This document shows positions 11,496 through 23,421 of a stretch of DNA of 64,000 nucleotides, piece by piece (position 1 is the first letter of the stretch; each line of letters opens with the position of its first letter). Both the position numbers and the translations under genes were made by a program. Source of the DNA: Naegleria gruberi (taxonomy: Eukaryota); NCBI GenBank assembly GCA_000004985.1, contig GG738849.1. One strand, 5' to 3'. Under the pieces are notes generated by a model. The model did not search any database. It was not told the origin of the DNA and was given only the letters and a program-made list of their open reading frames with translations.

Positions 11496-12486
11496 TAATA
11501 AACATGTGAAAATGGAAATCATTAACATCTGAAAGTCTTTCCTTCACTGCACTGTTAAGATTGGAATAGAATGAATCCAATTCCTTTGGTAATGTTTCAC
11601 CTATTGTTGTGGAATCATCTGACGGATACAGAACATAGGCAAAATGATTTGCCGATGGTTGTTTGGTCATCTCAACAAGACTATCAATGGCATGTTCATG
11701 CATATCATGTTGTTCAATGTACATGTTCGTTGTTTGAGCTTGGTCACTGTGCAAGAGAATTTTACAACTATTTGTCGACTTGTGGAACTCCTTCTTGTGA
11801 ATGAGAAAATGTAAATGAAGATTGAGTTCAATCTTTTTCACGTCAACAGTCTGAGATTCTACCACCTTTTCCCAATGTGGATTAAATGTAAATGGCTTCA
11901 GCTTTCCACATAGGCAATGATTGAAATGCATCCAACAATATTTACATCTAGTATCTGCACTTTCTACTAATTTTTCATACAAGTTGTTATATACGAAATA
12001 TTTCTGTAATTCCTCATGTGAAAACTTTGCAATGGCTTCTTTCTTATCTACTTTTCCCAATTCTTGATTCATTATAGCATCTTCTGTTAGAAAATCAATT
12101 GTATTCCTATAACTCGTATTATAAATTTGTTCCAAGCCTTCAAAATTTTTCAAATCAATTTTTCCATCAATTCCCAATTCCATTTCTCTTAATTTCTTAG
12201 CAGTAGGTTTTCTTAAATTTAAACAAGATGAATGAAACTCTCTTCCAATAGCACCAATAGCACTCTTGAATATTTCCAAATAATAATTTCCTTTGAAATT
12301 TCTAATTGAATTTTCAAATCCAATTCCTTCTCCGATTCTTGTTGTTACAATTTTATGTTGATGTTGTTTTTGATATGGATAATATTGCCGACCACAAATA
12401 TTATTATTACTCCCTTTCTGCTGCGACAATAGAAAAGAACAACAACTTTGATGAATGAATTTTTTTTGATGTTGAAACTTGAACAT
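11496..12486 (-). CDS. DTW domain protein (DTWD1/DTWD2-like tRNA acp3U transferase family), exon 1
   Basis: CKYCWMHFNHCLCGKLKP gives the C-x2-C...C-x-C pattern of DTW proteins. The GTAAGT donor is at 11495..11490. Confidence 0.6.
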
Positions 12487-12656
12487 TTTTTTCTAATCTT
12501 GCAAACATTTTGATTGTTGTTATTAATTCCCTCAATTCATGATGATAATAATCGAGGTATTCCGATCAGAACAATTATCAGAATCAAGGAGAGGGTTTAA
12601 TTGTTGTTGTTGCAATTTAATGATGAAAAATTTCATTTCTAGCTTCTAATTTAATT

Positions 12657-14711
12657 TTGATTGAAAAAAAAATGCTCAACTCATTTCGGAATCAACTTTC
12701 ATCTTCGTTTGTGAAGGGAGTACTTCGGAAGAGAGGTTCAACTTGTTGCTGGATACAGTGTGGACCTAGAATGGTGGCGAATAATAATAGTATAATAATA
12801 GGATCAACTAGTCAAGTGGTTTCTAATTTTTCTACAATTAATACAAGTTCACTCAAAGACTTTTCGGAAAAGTATTTGGAGAGTGAATTGATTCGATTGG
12901 ATCAACAAAAGAAAAGGCAAGGGAAATCTAGAGGTATTTCATCACACTCACTTTTGGAAGATGACGAAGAAGAAGAAGAAGGAGTGAAAAGTATTTCCAA
13001 GAAGACCTCTTCACAACACAATGATCCATTTCTTCAAAGTAAAGAAGCTACTGAAGCCTATTCAAAATTCCTCAAACTCAATTTAATGGGACCTATCTGT
13101 AAAGCATTGGTACATTATATGAAATTTACAGAACCAACCGAAATTCAAAATAGTACCATTCCAAAAGGATTGAAAAAGAGTAATATTGTTGCGAGTGCAA
13201 AGACAGGTACTGGTAAAACTGCTGCCTATTCTCTTCCAATAATTCAAAAAATAATTACTGAGAGAATGAGAAGAAGATTGGCTCCACCTGGAGAGAAACA
13301 AATTTACAGCTTAATTTTGTGTCCAACTAAAGAGTTGGCTGAACAAGTTTCTGAACATATTAATAACTATGTGAATTATACATTACAAGTCATGAAACAA
13401 GAGGAGAGAATTGATGAAAATTTCCAATTCAAGATTGGTTTGATATTTGGTGGTGCCTCTAAAATTACACAATTGAAAACAATTAATAATGGTTTGGATA
13501 TTCTCATTGCCACCCCTGGTAGACTTGTGGAATTGTTAAAGAAGGATGACGATTTAAAGTTGAATGATGTTCGTTATTTGGTATTGGATGAGTGTGATAG
13601 AATGTTAAACATGGGATTTTTACCAGAACTCAAATATATTTACAATCACCTTCCAAAGCCAAGTAATGAAAGAGATGAAATGCAAATTTCCATGTACTCT
13701 GCAACTCTTACCAAGGATGTAGAGGATCTCATTTGTAGATTTGCTCCAACACATGCCCTCTTCAACTTGAATCAAGAATTTAGTATTCCAGAAAAGATCA
13801 AACACATCAAGTACTCTGTAAGCAAGAAGGAAATGAAATTCAAGTTACTGCTCTATCTTCTCAAGAGAAAAGGTTCCTTGAGAGATAAGAAGGTACTCAT
13901 ATTTTGCAGAACGAGAGAAAAGGTTGAAAGATTGGCACAAAATCTTGCCACGAGAGGATACAAAGCTGTTGGTATTCATAAGGAAAAGAGTTTATCATTC
14001 AGAACTAATGCCATCAAATCATTTTCAAGTCAAGAAGAAGGAGAGTGTCAAATTCTAATTGCCACTGATGTTCTTGCAAGAGGTATCGATGTTCCTGATT
14101 TGCCTTGTGTTATCAATTATGATGTTCCTGCCAAACCAGAAGATTATGTCCATCGTGTTGGTAGAACAGGTAGAGCAGGTAATGAAGGTTTAGCCTTCTC
14201 ATTCATCTCCAAGACACCAATTCTCATCAAAATTGGTGGTCGATTGGTCGAACTCAATGAGGAACATTTTATCAAATCAGTTGAACAATTCATCTCCCAA
14301 AAAGTTGAACACAGAAAGATTCCAGGGCCATGGAATGATACTGCAATGGAAAATCTTGGTGAGGAAATGAAACGTGTGGAAGAAATCTCAAAGAAGAGAG
14401 CACTCGAAATTCTCTCCAACAAGCAAAAGAAGAGTGAAAAAAAGAAGCAAAGTGAAGAGGATGCCAAGATGGTTTCTGCCTTCTCTGAAAGTTTCAATAA
14501 GATTAAGCAAAAGGTTGAGCAAACTAAAACTCTCACTGAATCCGATCTCAAGTACGCTCCAACTCTTCGTCACTTTAAGCAAGGCAGATACGAAGATGTA
14601 ATGAAGGAATTTGAAGTGAAGAGAGCCATCAAGGAGGGTGCCATCAAGAGAGTAAATACCAACTCTAAGAGTAAGAAAAAGAAGAAGAAAAAGTTTATCT
14701 ATCAGCTTTAA
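12657..14711 (+). CDS. DExD-box ATP-dependent RNA helicase (DECD variant of motif II), possible mitochondrial targeting
   Basis: Helicase motifs present are the Q motif FTEPTEIQ, I AKTGTGKT, Ia PTKELAEQ, Ib TPGRL, II DECD, III SAT, V ARGIDV and VI HRVGRTGRAG. There is a basic amphipathic N-terminus and a lysine-rich C-tail. The likely start is the Met at 12672. Confidence 0.8.
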   Translation: MIEKKMLNSFRNQLSSSFVKGVLRKRGSTCCWIQCGPRMVANNNSIIIGSTSQVVSNFSTINTSSLKDFSEKYLESELIRLDQQKKRQGKSRGISSHSLLEDDEEEEEGVKSISKKTSSQHNDPFLQSKEATEAYSKFLKLNLMGPICKALVHYMKFTEPTEIQNSTIPKGLKKSNIVASAKTGTGKTAAYSLPIIQKIITERMRRRLAPPGEKQIYSLILCPTKELAEQVSEHINNYVNYTLQVMKQEERIDENFQFKIGLIFGGASKITQLKTINNGLDILIATPGRLVELLKKDDDLKLNDVRYLVLDECDRMLNMGFLPELKYIYNHLPKPSNERDEMQISMYSATLTKDVEDLICRFAPTHALFNLNQEFSIPEKIKHIKYSVSKKEMKFKLLLYLLKRKGSLRDKKVLIFCRTREKVERLAQNLATRGYKAVGIHKEKSLSFRTNAIKSFSSQEEGECQILIATDVLARGIDVPDLPCVINYDVPAKPEDYVHRVGRTGRAGNEGLAFSFISKTPILIKIGGRLVELNEEHFIKSVEQFISQKVEHRKIPGPWNDTAMENLGEEMKRVEEISKKRALEILSNKQKKSEKKKQSEEDAKMVSAFSESFNKIKQKVEQTKTLTESDLKYAPTLRHFKQGRYEDVMKEFEVKRAIKEGAIKRVNTNSKSKKKKKKKFIYQL

Positions 14712-15866
14712 TGTAAATCATAACCAGAAAATACAAAGTAATTAACAAGAAAATTGTCATGTCTAAGGGATTTTTGAATTCTTCTACTTTTGTATGAGCT
14801 TGGAGGAGGTGCATTCTCGTCATGTTTGTTATGTTTAGATGAAGATTTTTGGGACTTGATCTTTGCTACATTTGTCATATCAATAAAGTCAATTACTGTT
14901 CCTTTCATTGTTTGGCTAGTAGTAGTAATGTTTAGTATAAAAAGAGGATTCTTCTAACTTGAAATTGGAAAGAAGGTTCGAGTTGTGAATTTTGTTTTGC
15001 AGTTGTTTGACCAAGTCTCCACCAACGCCACCACTCCTTGTAATAGTAATTAGATATAGTGCACACCCATAAAAATTCCATTCATTTTGATAACACACAT
15101 GATCCACAATACCCAAATAGGTAAAATATTAATTAAGAGAAATACTGTATAAATGGTGGCCTGCACCGGTTGAATTTGATCATGTAAACCTACTATTCAC
15201 AGCAATGAATTAATTGAAAAGGGCCAATTTTGCATTGCTGTTCTGCTAAATGGTATTCACTTCATCATTTCGAATGAAAATAGGTCAGACCTCATGTACA
15301 AACTATTCAATACCACACTTATTAATGAACCCCAAAACAATGAATACAGTGAATGTGTGCTGCTAATTTGAATAGCCATCGAATAACTTCAAGTTCAATT
15401 CATACAAGTGGACTTTGGTTCTGTTACCAAGTTTTTGATGTTTGTATGCAATCCCTCTTTCATCAACCTAAAATATTATTCTTCAATGTGGAGTTGTGGA
15501 GAATATGGTAAGAAAATTGTTTTTCATCATTTCCCGATGTTTGTCTGCTGAAAATAATTATTCATCAGTGATGAATATTGTATTTCCTAGAGTGATTCAA
15601 GGTCTTCAATAATAATTAATAACTTCAATTATGAAAATGATATGCAATAGGAACAATTTACTTGTTCAATATCGAATTATACTACAAATTCCATGTTGAA
15701 TATTTAATGTATTTGCCTCCAAAGCAAACAATATTTGTGTCTGTTGTGATGGTTTTCTTTTGCCTAGTAGGGTTGCGAAGCAGCAATAAATATTTCATTG
15801 TAAACTACCAGTCGTCAAGGCCAACCCCAACTTTTTAAAAATTGTTTCTGAAAAAAATATCTCAAA

Positions 15867-16208
15867 ATGCTCCCATCCACTTACACCAAGGATAAAGTCG
15901 ATGAATTGGCTTGCACTTATGCTGCTTTCATCCTCCACGACGAAGGTATCAACATCACTGCTGATAAGATCAAGACTTTGACTGAAGCTGCTGGTGTTAC
16001 CGTCGAACCATTCTGGCCTTCCGTCTTCGCTAAATTCTTCAGCAAGCACCCAGTTTCTGACATCTTGTCCAACATTGGTGGATCAGCTTCATCTGGTGCC
16101 GCTGTTGCTGCTTCTACTGATGCTCCAGCTACCGCTGCTGCCGTTGAAGAAAAGAAGCCAGAACCAGAAGAAGAAGAAGAAGAAATGGGTTTCGGTGGTC
16201 TCTTCTAA
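15867..16208 (+). CDS. RPLP1: 60S acidic ribosomal protein P1
   Basis: [23 protein letters not shown]...[11 protein letters not shown] is followed by an Ala/Ser-rich hinge and [20 protein letters not shown]. The terminus is MGFGGLF rather than the canonical MGFGLFD. Confidence 0.85.
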   Translation: MLPSTYTKDKVDELACTYAAFILHDEGINITADKIKTLTEAAGVTVEPFWPSVFAKFFSKHPVSDILSNIGGSASSGAAVAASTDAPATAAAVEEKKPEPEEEEEEMGFGGLF

Positions 16209-16471
16209 ATCAACCAATCTAATAAAATATATAAATTATAAAAACTAGTAGTTGATGAACATTGGTGATTTTAATATGGAGTTAGTATGGAAATGATAGT
16301 TAACACAATTTGGAGACGTTATTTTGTCAATATTTTCACAATCAGTGTTAAGCTAAGAAAAACCATTTTAGTTGTCTCGAGGTCTTTGAGATACAATACG
16401 TAATTAAACAAATCTCTTTAATTTAATAATATTTATTTGGTTCTATGTTGAGGAAAGACTTTAGGATTATC

Positions 16472-19400
16472 TTAGTGGATCAAGTGAGACAAATCTTCAA
16501 TATTCTTAACAAGTTCTTCCAAAGTGATTTGTTCTTGATGATTATTCGACAATTCTTCAATGACTCGTTGTTGAGTTTCAAAATCAAATTCCAAGAAGGA
16601 TTCCACAAAGTCACCATCAATAAAACCAACCGAGTCTTCTCTAGTTCTCTCCGATCTGTATTGACGATAGGTTTCACGAGAAATATTGGCCAGACCAGTC
16701 ACAACACTACTCATAGCCTTTTGAATCTTTGTCACAAATGCAAAAGTCTCTGGAGGTAATTGAGCCAAAACACCAATACCACCACTAATGGTACCAAAGA
16801 GAGCAGTCTTTACAGGTTGAGTATTAATGTCAGAGGATGAATTGGCTTGGTCAAGTCCAGGAAGGGATGATTCAGCACCAAATCTCATTCCAATAAATCC
16901 AGGTTGAATTCTATTTACACGATCAGAGCAGTAATACTTGCCGACACGAACAAGTTGTTTTCTTTCTTCTTCAGAGGCAGCCTCATCATTCTTTTTAAGT
17001 GTAATCATATTTCCTTGTTGATCAACAGCAACATATTCACTCTCATTGAGCATGAGGGAACAACTTAACCAAGAGTATTGATAATCCTTAGAAATGAGTC
17101 TGAGATTACCAGAGACATGTTGTTCTTCTGGATTTTCATAAACGAATAAATGTACAGATTTCATCATGTCACCAATAAGAATAAAGTCTCCATGACTATC
17201 AATATCAAGAATATAGATACCTCCACTACATGAACATTCTTGGACGAGATCCTTATTATCACCATCATCAGATTCAGCCCATTTGAAGAGCATAAGTCTA
17301 CCAGAGACACCAGCCAATAATTTTCCATTGAATGAGTGGAGAACCATGACAGCTCCCTTAACATCTTTTTCAGCCTTTAGTACGAGTTTGTCATCTTGAA
17401 CTTGAAGAACGAGAATTCTTCCCTTTGATGGTTCCTCTTCATCACCTTCAGTAATTGCTGTACCAACAATAAAATATTCATTATCGTCATCTGTGAACTT
17501 GCATGAAATAATGGATTGACCTAATTCATTACCTTCAAGACGGATTTCTGACTTTTTCTCAAAGTTGTTTTCATCCAAGGAGAAGATGGCACTAGTTTCT
17601 GGGTTTTCGAACTGAGTAATTAAAAGACCATAAGCCTTGGTTGAAGGTTGATGGCAAATCTTAGTTGGTTGAGCGTGTAATTGGACAGTCTTAATGTGAA
17701 GTTTTTGAATTTCATCAATTTGACCAATGAGGATGGAATTTTCATTAGCAATGGCAATGTGGAATGGGAAACTTTCGTGATTGAATGAACACATATCATT
17801 AACTTCTCCCAAATTAACATTAGAATATACAAGTTTTTGATTTCTGCTGTAAATAATGGTTGGTCTCTCAGAGGCAGCAAATACGTTCAATTGTCTGTCC
17901 TTGGAAATAAATGGTCTCAACATGATTGGCTTACTTCCAGCAACAATTCTCTTCTTATCAGTCAAAATGCCCATACCTCTATCCATTTTGAAAGTGAACA
18001 AATGACCATCACCAAGGCCACACATTAAATAATTAATACCTTCAAAGGTTGGCATTAAAATGGATCTCGGTAAAATTTCTCCTCCCAATTCTTGAACAGT
18101 GAGAATGTCAAAAGATGGAAGTGTCAATACTCTGACAGAAATTTCTGTCCACATACCAACTGCACAAACAGTAGATGATATTTTACCTTCTTCAGGACTA
18201 ATGTCAATGCAAGAAACTTCATAATCCAATTTAGTTTGTTGAATTTGTTTCAATGATTGAGCAGAAATTTCAATATATACAAGTTTTCCTTCACCAAGGG
18301 ATACTACCAATTGAGTTGGATTTGATGCAGCAAGACTGATGGTGCCACTTGACGGTTTCCATTCATCAATCAATTCCAAAGTATGAGAGCTTACTAATCT
18401 TGCAGTTTTATCGGTAACTTGCAAGTAATTATTTCCAATAACAGTATCACACAATACAGTGGTTGAATCCACATCAAAACCAGGAATCTTAGCTTCTCCA
18501 ATTTCTTCGTTATCAACTGAGGAAATAAGAGTTTGTCCGGTAAAAGACATGACGAGGTACTTTTCTTCTCCAGTTTCAGTTTTAAGGGACCATATACGAT
18601 TTAAACCAACCAAATCAGAAATGGTGGTCAATTCTTCAATACCAATACCATTCTTGATAATTCGGAGTGAACCATCCTTAAAGGCACCTGAACATGTAAC
18701 AATTTGACCTTGACCTTGTTTATCGGCATCAACAAAACAAAAATCTACAATAGGTCCAATATTAGAATAGGTTTGGAAAACTTCAAAGTATGAGTTGGTT
18801 TCTGGGTTCAATTCATCACTAATCCGTATGACTTGTGAGTCTCCATAATTTGATCCAATAAAAACGTATCCATTATCCAAGTAAGAAATGCATGATGAAA
18901 TTGATGTAACTCCGAGCTCCTTAAGAGTCAATCCAGTAACTTCGCTATCAGAAACTTGTAAGCTTAATAAATATAATTGACCCGATTGGTCACCCAAAAA
19001 CCATCTAGTATTATCTAACTTTCCATAAGAACGGATAGCCATACGTGAGTTGGCTGGAGATGCCACGGAATGATTCTTATTAGATTCGTTAATGTATGAA
19101 ACTTGAGCCTCTCCAACACAAATTACACCACCCAAAGGAGCAGGGACTGGAATTAAAATATTGGCTCCATGATCAACATTTAATTGATTGAGGGATGATT
19201 CTTCCATGTCCTTGTCAAGAGTTTTAACTTCATACGTTTTAACATGTCTTGATCCAACATGGTCTTGATAGAGTAAAGCAAAAGTAGGTCCAGATTTGGA
19301 TTTTGATCCTAAACTTTCTAAGAAGGCAATATCAATAACATTCAATTCCTCCAATCTAACATTGAAAGCCTCTTTAAATTGATGTTTGTTATTTTCGAAA

Positions 19401-19602
19401 GGAATAATTTTTAACAATCCTTCATATATTGAGAGTGCAACAGCACGACAGAGAGGATCAATTGTTGTGATGGAGCCACTTTCACTTCTTCTTCCGACAG
19501 GGTCATCTATGGAACCACTGGAAAGTGTTTCTATTTTCCCATCAATAAATCCAAGTGTAAAGAATGTATCTTCAATTGTAATAAAAAGTAAATCTTGTTT
19601 TT
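16472..19602 (-). CDS. DDB1: DDB1, exon 3 (bulk of the three beta-propellers and C-terminal domain)
   Basis: Long collinear similarity to DDB1: FKDGSLRIIKNGIGI, LPSFDIL, GGEILPRSILM, and the C-terminal ...FIDGDFVESFLEF. Acceptor around 19603-19604. An open frame continues upstream of the ORF-track start at 19417. Confidence 0.85.
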
Positions 19603-19654
19603 CTCCCTAATAATATCATGATGAATATTAAAAATTATAGTTTTAACAAACATA

Positions 19655-19764
19655 CTGATGGTCTGAATAAAGACATGGTATCAATTCTTCCAGGTGCTTC
19701 AAATTCAACCACGGAAGAAACACCTTCTTCGCTCAATCTATTTACTTGAAGATATTGATTTTTA
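19655..19764 (-). CDS. DDB1: DDB1, exon 2
   Basis: Acceptor AAATAG, then KNQYLQVNRLSEEGVSSVVEFEAPGRIDTMSLFRPS, which matches the DDB1 region AKNTRLEIYVVTAEGLRPV...ELFRPKG. The GTATGT donor is at 19654. Confidence 0.6.
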
Positions 19765-19811
19765 CTATTTCCAATATTAATATCACACGATCACAAAAAT
19801 CATCAACCTAC

Positions 19812-19912
19812 CACATGATTAAATTGATATCACTTGGTGATGTAAAGTTTCCGGAAGCCGAACAACCAATTGTGGTAGGCTTGTAAGCGTAGGAAACATA
19901 ATTGAAGGACAT
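19812..19912 (-). CDS. DDB1: DNA damage-binding protein 1 (DDB1), exon 1
   Basis: MSFNYVSYAYKPTTIGCSASGNFTSPSDINLIM corresponds to the conserved DDB1 N-terminus ([25 protein letters not shown]...). The GTAGGT donor is at 19811..19806. Confidence 0.65.
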
Positions 19913-20120
19913 TTTTTTAATTTTAAAAATTTAAAAATTGCGCTTCAAGTATTTATGCTTACCAATATTTATGTTGCATAATTATTATTATTTTATATTA
20001 ATTATTTTCAATTTAAATCAATATTACAATTAAATTTTCCGATCAATAATCGAATGATTCACTAAGGAGAAGATATTTCTCAACAGTAAAAAAAACACGA
20101 GTTCATCCTCCCTCAACAAC

Positions 20121-20439
20121 ATGAACAAACAAGAAATTAAGGAAAAGTGGGAAGCTGCCTACAAGCTTGCTCTCAGTCTCACTTCAGATAAATTTACCTA
20201 TCATAGCACGAAGGATAATGTTGCCATTAGTAAGGCCGATGATGAGAGAGGAACCATCGTCAGAGGAGAAGTTACTATCCACGACTGCAAAGCTGATGAT
20301 TATATTGACTTATTGATCGTCAAGGATTTGAATACTAGAAAAAAGATTGATCCAAAGACTCGTACTTTTGAAGATTTGGATTCATTTACTGATGAAAGTG
20401 GATCTTACAAAATTAGATATTATGTTGCTGCTTCACCAA
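20121..20439 (+). CDS. START (StAR-related lipid transfer) domain protein, exon 1
   Basis: N-terminal half of a START/Bet v1-like fold. The GTAAGT donor is at 20440. Confidence 0.5.
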
Positions 20440-20491
20440 GTAAGTTGTAATGTCATTATACGATTGAAGAATATAATTAATCGAAATTAAG

Positions 20492-20808
20492 GCATGATGG
20501 TTTCTGATCGTGATTTCCTCTATGTTGAACATCATTTCCGTGAGGGTAATTCTTTCATTCTTGTTACCACTTCTGTTGATGGATCTTTCCCTTGTGACAA
20601 GTCAACTGGCGTAAGAGGAACAAACATCTTCACATTTTTCAAATTGTCTGAATTGGAAAATGGTGATTTACATGCTGTATTCAGTGGTCTTGCTTGTCCT
20701 AATGGCCTCATCCCTACAGCTATTTCCAATAGTGTTGTTTATGAAAGACCATTAATTCTTTCTGCTGCTGCCAATGTATTGGGCAAAAAAACTTCAAGCT
20801 CACAATAA
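20492..20808 (+). CDS. START domain protein, exon 2
   Basis: A 52-nt intron spans 20440..20491. The phase-1 splice gives ...AASP-SMMVSDRDFLYVEH (START SxRDF motif) and GVRGTNIFTFFKLSE. Confidence 0.5.
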
Positions 20809-21048
20809 AGCGAAAAAAAACAAGAAGAAGAACTTTGGAATTATTAGCTTCAGTATAGGTTTTAATAAGAAGAGGGATGGATGAATATTTTTAAAAGTTT
20901 AATTATTAGATATTTAATGTCAACTAATCTCAAGAGTTTCTAAACATTAATTAATATAATCAATTTACTGTCTAATTTATCTTAAGTTCCAGCTAGAAGT
21001 ATTTTGTAAAACCAGTAAATCAGAACTTGTTGGTACTATTTAAAAAAA

Positions 21049-21996
21049 ATGTTATCACACACATCGACCATCCCACCACCACCGTCATGTGTTCCAATTT
21101 CTCATCCACTACAAGATCACTGCAGATTCGGTAGAGGATTTGTTAGTTTATCCGATGTAACTTTAGATCAAATACCATTGCATAGGATTATATTGTGTCA
21201 ATCAGGATTGTTCAAACGTTATTTTATGGAACATCCTAATGAGAGGGAACTGGATTCGAAAATATTGTTTAATTTATCATCATCTGATTCTTGTAGTGAA
21301 TTTAGTAGTGAGGCAATTGAAATTGCTCTCAATTTTGTATATGAATCGGGTACTATGAGTCCAATTTTGAGGAATGAGGAGATTATTACACAAGTTTTTA
21401 GATGGTTGTTAAAATTGGAATTTTACTCAACCTTATGTTATGTTGTTAAAAGTATTGATTCAAGTGTAAATGATAGTATATATTTTAGAATGTATGGAGA
21501 TTTATTATTGATTCCAAATTTTGGACGTTCGAGTTGGGATAATTCTAATATCACCGAGATGCAAAACACTCTCGAATTAAAGATTATTGGAAATTTACCA
21601 ATTAATTATGAGATTGTAAATGAGGGAATTAAAGAGTTTGGATTTGCTCAAATGGTTGCCCTCATTGAACGAGTTCTTTATCACAATTTGGACTTGTCTG
21701 ACATTGTTAGAATTATTTGTGAATGGGCCAAGGATAACAAGGAGAGGACATTAAGTCTTGGCGAATTGTTAATGATTTGTGATCAGGCTAAGAATATTCC
21801 ACGTGTTCCTAATGTTGTCTCTGTACCTCCACCACCTCCACCTCCGCCACTACCACTTACGCTTAGACCTGTTACCAGACCAGTAACCACACGCATTGGT
21901 GCAGCTGTTAGTTTTCCATCACGTAATCCTCCTAGTTCATTACGTCTTTTTGACGATGATGACGATGAGTCAGATTTTGATGACGACGATTGGTAA
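21049..21996 (+). CDS. Putative BTB/POZ-like domain protein with Pro-rich and poly-Asp C-terminus
   Basis: DVTLDQIPLHRIILCQSGLFKRYF resembles the BTB N-terminal consensus. The C-terminus has PPPPPPPLPL and DDDDDESDFDDDDW. Confidence 0.35.
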   Translation: MLSHTSTIPPPPSCVPISHPLQDHCRFGRGFVSLSDVTLDQIPLHRIILCQSGLFKRYFMEHPNERELDSKILFNLSSSDSCSEFSSEAIEIALNFVYESGTMSPILRNEEIITQVFRWLLKLEFYSTLCYVVKSIDSSVNDSIYFRMYGDLLLIPNFGRSSWDNSNITEMQNTLELKIIGNLPINYEIVNEGIKEFGFAQMVALIERVLYHNLDLSDIVRIICEWAKDNKERTLSLGELLMICDQAKNIPRVPNVVSVPPPPPPPPLPLTLRPVTRPVTTRIGAAVSFPSRNPPSSLRLFDDDDDESDFDDDDW

Positions 21997-22077
21997 CAAT
22001 GATCAATATTATTGTCTATTTAATTTGTAAATATTTTGTTTTTATAGATTTATAGACCTATTATAAACACAAATCTA

Positions 22078-23421
22078 TTAAACAACAGTTTTCATGACAT
22101 AATATTCAAGATCACCATGTGCTTCAATGAAGGCCAAGATTTGGTCGTTGAAGTAATTGAGGAGAACATCAGGAACTTGAGTCATTTCACAACAAATTGT
22201 CAACAACCAAATCCAACGTTCAACACCATCCTTACAGAATGAAGTCCAACACTTTTCGAATGGATATTCAGTTTCAGAAACTCCATTCTTAACCAATTCT
22301 TCCCAGTACAATCTAACCAATTCCTTTGAATGTTGAACGAACAATTCTGGCTTGATATCAGAAATCAAAGTTTGAACCAAATCAGTGGTTGGAGTGCAGA
22401 GACCAACTTCAGTCCAATCCAATGCGTCAATCTTCTTTGTAGCAACATCAATAAGGAAATTACTACCATGGAAATCTCCATGACACAATGCAAATGGTTC
22501 AGCATTAATTGATTCTTGGAAAGATTCCCAAGAAGCCTTTTCCATTGATTTTTCAATTACATTAAGCAACTTTTCAGATAGCTTGAAAACAGTGCTCTCA
22601 CTACTTCTCTTCTTGGCAGTTTCCCATCCCTTTCTTGTTTTGGCCATACCTTCTTCCCACAATTCTCTATCTTGTTGATTGTAGAATTTGGCAGCCTTCA
22701 AGAATTCATATTGCAACAAGGAACGATTATTCCAATTGGAAGCATGAATCTTGGCAATATTGAGGTACATTTCCTTCAACATGTCCAAAGGTTGTGGTAA
22801 TTCAAAGTCATATTTACCAACACCCCAAATTTGATTTCCAAAAACAATGTTCAAACCAACAGTTTGAGGTTTCTTCAAATCTTTCATCAAGATGACATAT
22901 TCACCAACTTGACCGTTTCCATAGGCATACAAGACATGAGGAGCTGGTCCAGCAACAACCTTTTCTAACAAGTCACTTGCATAAAAGAGAGCCTCTCTGT
23001 GTGGCTTCCATGAGAGAACAGTTTGTCTACCTTGTTCACTGGCATCACTTCTCTTGAGAATGAAAGTGGTTGGAAGAGTTTCAGTAGCATTATTTCCTTC
23101 ATAAGAAACGACAAGTCTTCTCATCACACCATTGAATCCTCTATTTTCACCCAATTCTTCCACAACAACATTGGAAACCTTTACACCTTCTTGAGGAATG
23201 ACTTGTTTATCCTTGAGGATGAATTCCATCCACTCGGAAGAAACAACATCATCACCTGGTCTTGGTGCTAAATGATCTTTAGTTGGATGAGAACTAGCAA
23301 CTCCTCTGATATCAATACAAGACATTTTTTTGATTTGGTTTTTAAGCGCTTGGGTAAATTTCAACTTGCTTACAGGTGTGTTTTTATAGGAAAATGGCCG
23401 ATGTTCTTCTGGTACTGCCAC
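22078..23421 (-). CDS. Aminoglycoside phosphotransferase / choline kinase-like (APH/ChoK/EcKL family) small-molecule kinase
   Basis: Brenner catalytic motif LCHGDFHGSNFLID (HGDxxxxN) and DWTEVG (DxE-like metal-binding motif). Single 447-aa exon. Confidence 0.65.
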   Translation of the reverse strand: MAVPEEHRPFSYKNTPVSKLKFTQALKNQIKKMSCIDIRGVASSHPTKDHLAPRPGDDVVSSEWMEFILKDKQVIPQEGVKVSNVVVEELGENRGFNGVMRRLVVSYEGNNATETLPTTFILKRSDASEQGRQTVLSWKPHREALFYASDLLEKVVAGPAPHVLYAYGNGQVGEYVILMKDLKKPQTVGLNIVFGNQIWGVGKYDFELPQPLDMLKEMYLNIAKIHASNWNNRSLLQYEFLKAAKFYNQQDRELWEEGMAKTRKGWETAKKRSSESTVFKLSEKLLNVIEKSMEKASWESFQESINAEPFALCHGDFHGSNFLIDVATKKIDALDWTEVGLCTPTTDLVQTLISDIKPELFVQHSKELVRLYWEELVKNGVSETEYPFEKCWTSFCKDGVERWIWLLTICCEMTQVPDVLLNYFNDQILAFIEAHGDLEYYVMKTVV

